A stretch of 64,000 nt of DNA. Source: Pecten maximus (taxonomy: Eukaryota). Below the pieces are notes generated by a model, which was not told where the DNA came from, did not search any database, and saw nothing but the letters and a program-made list of their open reading frames with translations. Positions 13,667-26,900 of this stretch are shown here, one piece after another. Both the position numbers and the translations under genes were made by a program. The stretch lies in NCBI RefSeq assembly GCF_902652985.1, contig NC_047021.1, positions 7,254,001 to 7,318,000 of the forward strand. The letters are read 5' to 3'. How positions within the stretch are numbered: position 1 is the stretch's first letter; each line of letters begins with the position of its first letter.

Positions 13667-14867
13667 CATTTTATATGTTCCAAATGAAAAATATTTATTA
13701 CCGACTGCTTGACTTCATAATTAATTTTGTATGCGTTAAATCAAAGACCATCAGTGACGTCCTTTTTACTGGACGCGATAGACAACGCTAGCTTGCTGCA
13801 GTGACGTTTTACAGGTAGAGGTTTTTTATTGGGTGATTTTATATAACATTAGGATGGATACTTCTCTACAAACGTCAACAGTATATAACTTATGTATATC
13901 TCTACTCACTGACTACTTCGTCAGATGGTGAAATAGGTTGTCGACCTAACATGACATTGTAGAATTGAACTTTTGTGCAAGGGTTGGTTCGTGTTTGGTT
14001 TAGTTTTGAAGCTTCTCGTGTTTTGAAAGTTCTGTTATATAATAATTTATTCACCGCTCATTGTACTTAGTATTTAGTAAAAAAAAAAAAAAAAAAGAAA
14101 GAAAAGACGGCAATGTTTTGTGTGTCTCATTAGTTCCTTTATTTTTGTGTTTTAAACAAAAACTAAAATAGAACAAGAACGTTACACGTGCATTTTGGAA
14201 CAATTTATTGCTTAGCAAGACAGGTTTCCATATAAATGTCATAAAAAGTGCAAATACATATCGATTCGTATATTAAAAGGCAGTAAAGAAACTTGTAGAA
14301 AATGAGCTACACATCAATAAACATTTAGGCTTTATTGATTTTACTTTTTGTACCGTTAACAACATGTTAAATAGTAAGTTATTTAATATAAATATAACAA
14401 AGAGAAAAAACAATTTGTAAATATATTTTTAAAATGAAACAGAAAATAGGTGTAAACAATATAAAAACTATAACAAGTTTATATAAATGAAAAAAGAAGG
14501 TAGCGACAATAAACAGTACAAACAACATAGCACATATACCGAATATCTGACTGACGGTACTTGCTCATGTTCTGACACACTAAACTGGTTATATTATCAA
14601 TGGGATACCGTCACACTACATTCCCTTTTTGACAGATACCACCATAGGTATGTTTTTCAACAGCCAATCAGAAACGGGTGTTCGCCTTATTACAAACTAA
14701 ACTTAACAAACCATGATTGTCCTGACAAATAGGATTGGTTTTAACACAAATAGTAATATACGTAAATTAAATGCATATCACACAACATTGTGGGTATTTT
14801 TCTACACCAAAAAATGAAAGAAGCACTGTGTGTATATGGCACTTGAAGCTTAAGCTGCATAAGTGGT

Positions 14868-15350
14868 TATTTTGACCTTTCTATTATTTTTCATTTTGAC
14901 CTTCCTATCATTTATTATTTTGACCTTTCATTTATTCTTACCTATACATTATTTATGATTTTGACCTTTCGATTTTTTATTTTGGCCTTTATATTATTAA
15001 TCATTTTGGACCTTTCCATCATTTAATTTGGCTTTTCTATTATTCATTATTTTGACCCTCCTAATATTTATAATTTTGACCATTTCTTTTTTTATTTTGA
15101 CCTTTCTATTTTTGGTTATTTTGACCATTCTATTATTTATAAGTTTGATCTTTCTATTTTCTATTATTTTTACCTTTATATTATTTATGATTTTGATTTT
15201 TATATTATTTGTTATTTTGACCTTCCTAATATTGATAATTTTGACCTTTCTATTATTGGTTATTTTGACCTGACCATTCTATTATTCATAATTTTGACCT
15301 TTCTATTTTCTATTTTGTTTACCTTTCTATTATTCGTTATTTTGATCTGG
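14868..15350. repeat. Degenerate AT-rich low-complexity tandem repeat (ATTTTGACCTTTCTATT-like units)
   Basis: TTTTGACC recurs about every 20-25 bp. The hydrophobic ORF 15028-15273 is a by-product. Confidence 0.85.
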
Positions 15351-17319
15351 ATATCATTGGTTTAAACAATTACTTGATATATGTTCATGATTGTGGTAAT
15401 TACTACACAAGTTCTTTTGAAAATGAGGATTATTTTCTTGGAGTTCTTGGGTCTTGTGTTGTACATTGTTATATCACGTATTGGGTTATTTTCACGAGTG
15501 TGACAGTTGCTTTAAACAGTGTCATTTCCACAGAGGAAATATTTACTGTGTGTTTAGTTACAAAAAAGTGTAATTTACTGTTTACTATTTTTAGGATGGA
15601 GATTTAATATAAACACAGGGTCGTTTTCACGGTAAGTTTATCAACTTTGTAGTGAACATGTGTGCATTGAACATTTCCAATAATGTGTTACAGAGTGTTT
15701 TACCTTACACAATGCGTCTGCAACACCCGATCTCATTATGGTTGTTCTTTGTCAAGTGTCTCTTGGTGATTATATTATTACATTTCTCCCAGTGAAATAT
15801 CCGAAATTGTCAACTTGATAAACAACCAGTGCTGACTTACATGTTCTTCCATGAGTGAGTATGACAGAAAAATATAATCAATATCCTCTATATATTTCAC
15901 CAGTAACAAAGTGTTTTTATCAAATTGACAAGTCCTTATGTTTCACAGGTAATATGTTATTAATAGAAAGATATAGAATCGTTTTCCGTTCAATAAAACA
16001 TATATTTCACTCGTGTGACAGATCGTTTTCCGTTCAATAAAACATATATTTCTCTCGTGTGACAGAAGAAACCGATATCCTGTTATGCTCCTGATATGGG
16101 AAACCATATAATATCCTCCTGTGTATGTATTTCGATACTATTTCTCGTGTTTAGTGGTTTTTAAGTTTGAATTGAAATTTCGTTTACATGCCGTCGCAAA
16201 CATCTTATATTTACATAGTGTTAATATCTGATTGTTTGATGGAAAAGTTAATATACGTCACTTCTAAAAGGTATATTAAGATGGTGTCGTGACGGAAAAA
16301 AGTTTGAATGGACACAACAATATAATCTCACTAGTCCTTCTGACAAGGTGAGTTACTAAAACCTTATAAATGTAATACATGTATAGTTGTATATATAATA
16401 GAAAATTATATCTTAAGATAAATTACCTCAAATAGACATTTAGACAAACACGAGAGCTGACAACTGGGTGACAATACGTATAAATCATTGATAACAATTG
16501 TAGAACATGTTTTTTTGGCCATGCATAACAGCACAAGGATAAATACACTGCTGGGTCAAAAGTCTTTCTGCACAATCTAATTCTGCTGTATTATTTTGTC
16601 ATTTAACCCGTTTTTCAAAGAATATTCCTGATTTTGTTGATAGGCCGATTTTAACAAAAGTTTGTACGCTGAAAGATACTGGTTTTATTTTCATGATAAT
16701 TCCATTCATTTTTGTTGCTGTTTACATGAAAATTTATTAACCACATTTTGATGATATTTTGGTAAGTGTATGAATGATGACGGTGCCACGGGTAACTGAA
16801 TTGTGTTGCTAATTTTAATTTTTTCTATAACATATGCGTTATTGTGCGTAGGTATTCTACATGAGGAATTTCTATATTTGTCTTGATCAACACGCCAAAC
16901 ATCAATAAAATACAACCATGAATAACGTCAGGGCGAGTGATCGGAAAAAAAAAAAAAAAAAAAACAACATTCAAATTAATATTGAGGAAAGACTTTTGAC
17001 CCAAAAGTGTATTATGACATATTGAATGTGAAACATTTTTATATTCTGAAAAGTAATATTGCATTTCAATAGTATTTATTCATACATTTTACCCTGCTTT
17101 TCATGATAAATGTTTGATCTTGTATATAAACAATGATAGTTTGATAGTCAATTGATGTAGAACATATAGTTACTATGTGAAACAAAAATATAACAATTTT
17201 ATCATATATCACATATTAGTAGAGTAACAGTAAATTAATAGAAATAAATAAATATATAAATCAACAAATTCTAAATAAAGATAAAAAATACAAACTTGAG
17301 CCTTTTCACTCTTCATTAC

Positions 17320-17783
17320 TTTGGTTTGGTTTGGTTTATTTTGTTTAACGTCCTATTAACAGCTAAGGTCATTTAAGGACGGCCTCCCGTGCGTGCGACA
17401 TGCATGCGTGTGGTGAGTGCGTATGTGTGTTTTGGGAGGCTGCAGTATGTTCGTGTTAAGTCTCCTTGTGATAGACCGGAACTTTTGCCGATTTATAGTG
17501 CTACCTCACTGAAGCATACTGCCGAAGACACCCAGCAGCACACCCCACCCGGTCACATTATACTGACAACGGGCGAACCAGTCGTCCCACTCCTAATATG
17601 CTGAGCGCTAAGCAAGGAGCAGCAACTACCATTTTTAAAGACTCTGGTATGTCTCGGCTAGGGGACAGGGCCCAAAGCCTTCCTCACAGGGGCGAACGCT
17701 CAACTAAAGGCCAAAAGTGAGGCATTGTCAAGGGAGACATTAGGAAGAAGAACGTTGTTCAGAAAGAAGAGAAAAGATAAGAT
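17320..17783 (-). mobile_element. SINE-like element with (AAACC)n tail and Meta-type core
   Basis: A GC-richer island with a (TTTGG)n tail on the + strand. The minus-strand core GACTGGTTCGCCCGTTGTCAGTATAATGTGACCGGGTGG resembles the MetaSINE core as I recall it. Degenerate tRNA-like head. Confidence 0.65.
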
Positions 17784-18135
17784 ACATCTGACATATTGAA
17801 CATTATTTAAATGAAGCCCCGCACATTGTTTTTGCCATGGTAACAACGTCCAATAATTCTGTTGCTCCTACAGCGCCACATTGTCTAATTCTTTCGAAGG
17901 TACACTCCTTCAGTGTTCACCTAACACCAGTATGCCCCGATAGGGTTTAACCTTCAGTAACGGCAGATGGTGACATCATAAATACATAGTTATACATATA
18001 TATATAATACATTTCTTAAGTTTGCTACAATGATTCTTCACTATGATATTCAGAATTTTGTATAATTATGTCTCGGCTATCCAGCTTTGTTAGAATAGTA
18101 AGTTTTGAGAAACATCAAAATTTATGAACTAATCT

Positions 18136-18237
18136 GGCCCAGTTTCATCAATGTTCCTTAACTTAAAAACAAATCCATTAATCCTGTATTACTTTCCTAT
18201 GAGACATTAAATCAAGGAATATTGATGAAACTGGCCC
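18136..18237. mobile_element. ~100-bp MITE-like element
   Basis: TIRs GGCCCAGTTTCATCAATGTTCCTT / AAGGAATATTGATGAAACTGGCCC. Confidence 0.7.
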
Positions 18238-19646
18238 CTAATATTTTACAAAACTTGTTGCAATATTTGACTGTCAACTAATTTGTAAGTCAACTTGAGA
18301 TTTGAGAAGCAATAAAACCATATTAATTTCTCAAAATAAAATATTAAAAAAAAAAAAGGTAATACAAACTGTAAATAGGTTGTGTTGTGACGCCAACACT
18401 CCAATGCAACTTATCTTCTAGGTTTGGTTGGAATGACAACGATACGTTTTCAGAAACTGCGCTAAACACAGAAATGTCAAGATCCCCAGTATCCCCAATG
18501 TCCAGAGTCACTGGACCATAAATTCTTAATGATATTCTGTTAACAAAGAGTTTGCTGAGATGTCCACTAAGTTATCTAACTATATACAAAGCTTTGTTAA
18601 AACTGGACTTGCTTTTTGAGTAAAGAATCTAAAGTGCCATGTTGATGCCGCCGCTGTAAAGTACCAATTATTGTATCCTCGTCACTACAGTGTAAAACAT
18701 CGGTGGGTATCCTTTTTTCATTATTGTTGCTACAATGTTTCATTATTATCATATGGCAAGCAATGTCAAACTAGAACTAATCTAATAGCTAGCTAATATC
18801 CCGCTACTGATAATTTCAATATACACTTGTATCAGACAGTGGTGCAGAAAAGTAGGTTCATAGATACCTATAACATGTCTATAATATTGTCCTAGTTAAC
18901 TGATAGTGTAGCCTTAATGAAAATAATCTGTATAAAATAACAATGGCAACTAAAATGTTCGTAAAAACCTGCATGTACATCTACATAATTACGGTTTCTA
19001 TTATTCATGCTTAGTTTTGTTGAAATTGCTTCACGAATAGCAGTACGGAAAAATCTGTCTAGTCATAGGTCTTCTTTTGGTAACCATGGCATCCAAATGA
19101 CAGTCAATGTTTTGAAAAACAGTAATTTTGTAATTGTCACCCCTTAAAACCTTACAAATATATCAATTTTCGGCTGGATCAGACAATATCTTGAATTGAC
19201 TAATCAAGAGCCTCCATTCTGTTTACATAGCAACGACTCTGAAATGTATGAAATTATAGGCATTGATAAGTTACACCAATTGACCAAGTTTAAACAAGCA
19301 CACTGGGTATTGTTTAAGCAAGTCATGACCACTACCGGCCCCCGCTAAAAATAGTAACAGTGACCTTGACCCAAAAACCTGGAAACTAGAACATGATATG
19401 CTCATACTGAAATTAAATACCAACTTTCATCAACATACCTTGAAGCATGGCTTAACAAAACCTGTGTAAAGTAACCCTGCATGCATATTTACACATGGTC
19501 CCTATCATTCCTGTGCAGTTTCTTTGACAGTGATTCAAGATTAGGTGTTTTCCGGACAATTTCAACCCTCCAAAATCGTTGCTGTCAATAACAGAAATAG
19601 ATAATGATTAAAAGGTCACCCTATGACCAATTTCTATGGTAGGGCT

Positions 19647-20933
19647 CTAATCCTCCCTTATAGTTCTGGAATATTTTCTTTCCTGTAGTTCTGTTGCATT
19701 CTTCTCTTGTGTTGGTGGAAGATTTCTCTGTTTCAGTGGTGGAAGATATCTCCGTTTAAGTGGTGGTGGATTCCTCTGTTTAAGTGGTGGTGGAAGATTG
19801 TTCTCTTTTAATGGTGGAAGATTACTACCTTGTAGTGGTTGAACATTATTTTTTTGTAGTGTTGAAACATTCCTCCTTTGCGTAACTGGAACTTTCCTCT
19901 TTGGTAGTGCCGGAAAATTTGTCTTCTGTAGTGCTGGGACATCCTTCCCAGGTAATTCCAGTGGAACATTACTCACGTGTAGCTTCCTTGTAACGTTCAT
20001 CGCTCCTAGTACTGGAAAAGTACCTTCCTTTATTTCTGAAACGTTCCTTCTTTGAAATTCTGCAGCATTCCTTCTTTTCAGTGTTTGAAAGCTCTTCCTT
20101 TGAAGTGCTGGAACATATCTCTCGTGTAGTCCTAGTGGAATATTCCTCCCTTGTAGTGCTTGAACATTCTTATCTAGAATGTCAGGAACATTATCCTCAT
20201 GTATTAGTGAAACGTTCCCCTCTTGTAGTCCTAAAACATTCTCCTCTTGTACCATTGGATCATTCATCTCCTGTAGTCCTAAAACATCATTCTCTTGTAG
20301 TACCAAATCATTCCTCTCCTGTAGTCCTAAAACATCATTCTCTTGTAGCACCAAGTCATTCCTCTCTTGTATCACTGAAGCTCCCCCCTCTTGTTGTACT
20401 AGACCATTCTTCTCCAGTAGTGCTGAGTCATTCCTCCCTTGCTGTACTACAACATCATTCTCCAGTAGTGCTGAGTCATTCCTCCCTTGCTGTACTACAA
20501 CATCATTCTCCAGTAGTGCTGAGTCATCCCTCCCTTGCTGTACCACAACATCATTCTCTTGTAGCACTGAATCATTCCCCTCTTGTAATAATGCAATGTT
20601 CCCCTTTTGTAGTCCGGGGACTTTATCATCTTGTAGTATTGAATCATTTTGCTCTTGTGGTACTGAAACATTTTCCTCTTGTAGTCTTGGAACATTGTTC
20701 TTCTGTAGTCTTCGAACATTCTCATCTTGTAGTGCTTGAACATTCTTCCTTTGCTGTGTTTGAGCAATCCTTCTTTTCAATGCTTGAACATTTCTTCTTC
20801 GCACCGTTAGAACATTTCTCCCTTGTAGTGCTGGAATATAGACAGCAAAAAACTTCAGTGTGTCCTCAATGCTTGACTGTGACCGGATCATCCTCTTTAT
20901 ATCATCTTGATCTAGACGCCGCTGGTTAAACAT
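19647..20933 (-). CDS. Terminal exon of the RBR-like gene, encoding 7/8-aa (15-aa composite) repeats such as LQENDVVVQQGRNDS
   Basis: 428-codon open frame preceded directly by acceptor TATAG. Joins in phase 0 to the donor AAG|GTATCC at 24041. Confidence 0.78.
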   Translation of the reverse strand: MFNQRRLDQDDIKRMIRSQSSIEDTLKFFAVYIPALQGRNVLTVRRRNVQALKRRIAQTQQRKNVQALQDENVRRLQKNNVPRLQEENVSVPQEQNDSILQDDKVPGLQKGNIALLQEGNDSVLQENDVVVQQGRDDSALLENDVVVQQGRNDSALLENDVVVQQGRNDSALLEKNGLVQQEGGASVIQERNDLVLQENDVLGLQERNDLVLQENDVLGLQEMNDPMVQEENVLGLQEGNVSLIHEDNVPDILDKNVQALQGRNIPLGLHERYVPALQRKSFQTLKRRNAAEFQRRNVSEIKEGTFPVLGAMNVTRKLHVSNVPLELPGKDVPALQKTNFPALPKRKVPVTQRRNVSTLQKNNVQPLQGSNLPPLKENNLPPPLKQRNPPPLKRRYLPPLKQRNLPPTQEKNATELQERKYSRTIRED

Positions 20934-23900
20934 CTATATATAACATAAGAAATGGGAATTTGTTATCTATTTGCATATTTATAGGGTATTCATGTACAGA
21001 TAAGCCTACAGAAAGGTAATGACAAACTTAACCTGGGATCAGTAATGACAACCTTAACCTGGGATCAGTAATGACAACCTTAACCTGGGATCAGTAATGA
21101 CAACCTTAACCTGGGATCAGTAATGACAACCCTAACCTGGGATCAGTAATGACAACCTTAATCTGGGATCAGTAATGACAACCCTAACCTGGGATCAGTA
21201 ATGACAACCTTAACCTGGGATCAGTAATGACAACGTTAACCTGGGATCAGTAATGACAACGTTAACCTGGGATCAGTAATGACAACCCTAACCTGGGATC
21301 AGTAATGACAACCTTAACCTGGGATCAGTAATGACAACCCTAACCTGGGATCAGTAATGACAACCTTAACCTGGGATCAGTAATGACAACCTTAACCTGG
21401 GATCAGTAATGACAACCCTAACCTGGGATCAGTAATGATAACCCTAACCTGGGATCAGTAATGACAACCTTAATCTGGGATCAGTAATGACAACGTTAAC
21501 CTGGGATCAACCCTAACCTGGGATCAGTAATGACAACCTTAACCTGGGATCAGTAATGACAACCCTAACCTGGGATCAGTAATGACAACCTTAACCTGGG
21601 ATCAGTAATGACAACCCTAACCTGGGATCAGTAATGACAACCCTAACCTGGGATCAGTAATGACAACCCTAACCTGGGATCAGTAATGACAACCTTAACC
21701 TGGGATCAGTAATGACAACGTTAACCTGGGATCAGTAATGACAACGTTAACCTGGGATCTGTAATAACAACCTTAACCTGGGATCAGTAAATGACACTTA
21801 GTGACACCCTAACCTGGGATCATAATGACACCTAACCTGGGATCAGTAATGACACCCTAACCTGGGATCAGTAATGACAACCCTAACCTGGATCAGTAAT
21901 GACAACCCTAACCTGGGATCAGTAATGACAACCCTAACCTGGGATCAGTAATGACAACCCTTAACCTGGGATCAGTAATGACAACCCTAACCTGTTTCTG
22001 TAATAACAACCCTAACCTGGGATCAAATGACAACCCTAACCTGGGATCAGTAATGACAACCCTAACCTGGGATCAGTAATGACAACCTTAACCTGGGATC
22101 AGTAATGACAACCCTAACCTGGGATCAGTAATGACAACCTTAACCTTGGATCAGTAATGACAACCTTAACCTGGGATCAGTAATGACAACCCTAACCTGG
22201 GATCAGTAATGACAACCTTAACCTTGGATCAGTAATGACAACCTTAACCTGGGATCAGTAATGACAACCTTAACCCGGGATCAGTAATGACAACCCTAAC
22301 CTGGGATCAGTAATGACAACCTTAACCTGGGATCAGTAATAACAACCTTAACCTGAGATCAGTAATGACAACCTTAACCTGGGATCAGTAATGACAACCT
22401 TAACCTGGGATCAGTAATGACAACCCTAACCTGTTTCTGTAATAACAACCTTAACCTGGGATCAGTAATGACAAAGACAAATATGTTAAGTCTCGTAACA
22501 AATTTGCAGAAATAGTATTAATAGATCATAATCAATTTCAAGTAATATTTCAAATTTAGAAATGCCGACCTTAATGGACAAATAATATTGATAGTGGTTC
22601 TCTAACCAATGGTCATGGCTGGGGTTACTATGGCTACCTACATGGCTTGGCTGAGTTTACCATGACTACTTACAGACCATTGCTTGGGTTATTATAACTA
22701 TCTAAAGGCCATAGCCTTGGTTACTATAACTACATACAGACCATGGCTTGGGTTACTATGACTACATACAGACCATGGCTTGGGTTAATATGACTACATA
22801 CAGACCATGGCTTGGGTTATTATAACTATCTAAAGGCCATGGCATGGGTTACTATGACTGCCTACAGACCATAGCCTTGGTTACTATAACTACCTACAGG
22901 CCATGTCTATGGTTACCATGACTACATACAGATGATGACTTGGGTTACCATGACTACATGCAAACCATGGCTTGGGCTACCATGACTACCTATACTGACC
23001 ATGGCTGAGAATACCATGAAAACCTACAAAACCATGGCTCTGGTTACCAGGACTACCTACAGACTACCTACAAACTATGACTTGGGTTACAATGACTACC
23101 TACAATCCATTGCCAGGGTTACCATAACTACCTACAAGCCATGGGTTGGATTACTATGACTACCACTTGCCATGGCTTGGATTACTATGACTACCCAATG
23201 GCCATAGCTTAGATTACTATGACTACCAACAGGCCATGATTAGGTTACTATGACTACCTACAGACTATGGCTTGGATTACTATGACTACCTACAGACCAT
23301 GGCTTGGGATTACTATGACTACCTACAGACTATGGCTTGGGTTACTATGACTACATACAGTCCATGGGTGTGGTTACTATGACTACATACAGTCCATGGC
23401 TGTGGTTACTATGACTACCTACAAACCATGGCTTGGGTTACTATGACTACCTACAGACCATGGCTTGGGTTACTATGACTACCTACAGACCATGGCTTAG
23501 GTTACCATGACTTCCTACAAACCATGGCTTGGGTTACCATGACTACATACAGACCATGGCTTGGGTTAATATGACTACATACAGACCATGGCTTGGGTTA
23601 CCATGACTACCTACAGACCATGGCTTGGGTTACTATGACTACCTACAGACCATAGCTTAGGTTACCATGACTTCCTACAAACCATGGCTTGGGTTACCAT
23701 GACTACATACAGACCATGGCTTGGGTTAATATGACTACCTACAAACCATGGCTTGTGTTACCATGGATACATACAGACCATGGCTTGGGTTACTATGACT
23801 ACCTACAGACCATGGCTTAGGTTACCATGACTACCTACAAACCATGGCTTGGGTTACCATGACTACCTACAGACCATGGCTTGGGTTACTATGACTACCT

Positions 23901-26900
23901 ACAGACCATGGCTTAGGTTACCATGACTACCTACAAACCATGGCTTGGGTTACCATGACTACATACAGACCATGGCTTGGGTTACTATGACTACCTACAG
24001 ACCATGGATTATAAATACCACTCTAGATTTGAGAGGATACCTTTGTCATTGTGTTGATACCACAGTATAGTTGTTGCAGTAGGAGCCTGACCTTGAGAGG
24101 CTGCATCTTTTGAGTAATGTTTGATAGTAGCAGACAAACACTCTCCATTATAAAATGAACATCGCTGAGAAAATTTACGCTCGACTCCAGCTGCTCTAGG
24201 TTGGCTTTCTCCAAGCCTGTGTGGCCATATAGATCCATCTTTCTCATCTTCTTCCATGAAACAATTCTTTCTTTCTAGAACAGTGAAGTGGAAAGAGGAC
24301 AATTAACATTCGAATGCAAATAACATGGGTAGATAGAATGAGAGAACTCTGAGGGGATTACATTGCAATGTTTAAATGTTTTTTGTTTTTTTTTGTGAAA
24401 TGAATAGTTGATATAATTTTGTATTTCAGGGCAAGTAAATTAAAGAGATAGACTACCTTTCTACCGAGTTTTTTCCACAGTTGTGATTTGATATTCTTGA
24501 GTTGGACAGTCCATCTGCTTCTGTGCTCTGTACACATCATGTAGTAATCCGTAGATGAGTGACGTAGAAATGAGTTGTACTGGTCTATTGTCTAGGTACC
24601 AAAAATACATTATCAACAATTTTAACACAAACTATTATAAATAAAATTTAATGAACCTGTAGATGTTCAAACTTACTAACATCTTGTTACTATAATGAAG
24701 AACTTTTTAACTATTTTTTTTTCTTTTATTTTTTTTATTATTACCTGAAATAGATCGATGCAAGTATTCTTCAATCTTCTCTATTAAATAAAAAACAATT
24801 GTCTGTGTTCAAAGTATCAATGGCTGTAATAACAGATAAAAGCGATGCCTGAGTTGACAACTGTTGTAGGACTTACATGTGTCTTTTGGTTAGCTTCTGG
24901 ACGGTCAACTTGTTCTTCATCCACATGACAAGGGATGTTTGACAGTGATTCCCTGGTAGACAGAGTACTGGCTACATGTGGCTGGCCAGTGTGTGTCCGA
25001 CCCACAGGAGAAACACCAAACTCGGTTACAGCCACACAGGACTGGCTCATTACCATCAGAGAAACTTTTACCTGTAGTAAAAGAAATTCTTTCAAATCAA
25101 ATTTACATTGTACTTATTACATTTGGCCATTGACTGATAGAATAAAATCAACAAGGATGATAATCATCATCTATTGAAATAATGATAATGAAACCTGTTT
25201 TGAACTGGGATTGAGAAAATACACACACTTCATTTAAAAGTGTGAAACAATATATGTCTCTGAAAATTCATGAATGAACAAGGAGCCACAAAGCCTGGCA
25301 TGAAATGGAAATCACTATGGTCCTTGGAGAAAAGGCAGCAAATACAATAGTAACAGTAAATTCTGTAGTTTTGACAGCATGTATGTTTCTATGGTTACAG
25401 AGATATTATAAAATGAAGTTTGGCCAAAGTAGATGAACTCCCCTTCACATGTAACAGATCATTGGCTTCCAAGAAACAAATGAATGATTTATAGGAAACA
25501 ACTGAATAACCTGTAGGAAACAAATGAATGGCTTCCATGAAACAACTAAATCTCTCCCATGAAACAACTGAATGGTTCATAGGAAAACAACTAAATCTCT
25601 CTCATGAAACAACTGAATGGTTCATAGGAAAACAACTAAATGGCTCCCATGAAATAACTAAATCTCTCCCATGAAACAACTGAAGGGCTCACAGGAAAAC
25701 AACTAAATGGCTCCCAGAAATAAATGTATGGTTCCCATGAAACAATTATGAATCCTATGTGTGCAGTGAATATTTTGGTACTAAGTATGTTAATTTCAAT
25801 GATACCCCTTTGCCATTACGTTAACATGTTATAGTTATAGTTACTGGTTATAGTTGACTATATCTGTTTAAACAACTAGTAGTCATATAACGTACCAAAT
25901 CTGGTCACCTTAGCAACCAAGTCACATGATTGCTTCGGACACTGGCGCCATTGACCGGACTTTGCTACTGTATCCTCTGCACGGCTACATAGCCATTGGT
26001 TGAAAAGTTGACATGGTAGAAGTATCTGAATCATCACCTCATCCACCACTTCATCACATGTATCATCCTACAAAACCAGCCACATAACAGTGTCTCTCTC
26101 ACATTTGAGAAAATATTAATCAAACATCGATGTAAAAATAAAATTATGATCGAAATTTCTTATGCTGCCTGCATAAACTATCAAATTGGACAATTTTGGC
26201 GTAGATAAAAGCTGGCATCAATGAATGTATTAACAATATTATCAATTACTTGATCCTTGAATATACATGTGCTATTTTGAAACTAAAAGTAGGTATGATT
26301 TAAAACTGATGTAAAATGTTCATTAGAATAAGGGGAACTAAAAAAATATAAACCCATACTGGTCCTGTTTTTTTTGTTTTTTTTATTGAATTGATGAATG
26401 TATATACAACATACCTGACAACAAATACTGTGACATCGCATCTGAACTTTCTCCCAGATGTATTTTCTCCAGCAATTAACACAGTAGTAGTGTAGGCATG
26501 GCAACAGGACACATCCATTCAGCAGTGGTGGATCAAAGTTACGTAGGCATGACTTACAGAATCCAAAATCAACAGTCTGGGTAAGAGAGGTAGGTAACAA
26601 CTCATAGGATTCCAGCAAACCTCCCTGTCAAATAGAGAGTTGGGGAAGTGATGGCAGTTCAGATTCTTTTGTTCAAATTGTGGTATCTACATTTAATTTT
26701 CATCGACTGGGAACCTTGGACAGTCATCACCCAGGACTAACCTTACCAGTTTAACAAAGTCTGGGACAGTCATCACCCAGGACTAACCTTACCAGTTTAA
26801 CAAAGTCATGGACAGTCATCACCCAGGACTAACCTTACCAGTTTAACAAAGTCTGGGACAGTCATCACCCAGGACTAACCTTACCAGTTTAACCAGTCTG

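Noticed and set aside
15028-15273. Transmembrane-like 81-aa ORF
   Set aside because: T-rich low-complexity repeat.
20081-20929. Plus-strand 282-aa and 186-aa ORFs
   Set aside because: Antisense shadows of the repetitive terminal exon.
21016-22474. Interstitial telomere (CCCTAA within the units)
   Set aside because: Only one CCCTAA per 26-bp unit in a subset of units, never in tandem.
24900-24920. Selenocysteine read-through of TGA in the IBR exon
   Set aside because: A second TGA follows, and the exon would end out of phase. A 1-bp indel explains everything.
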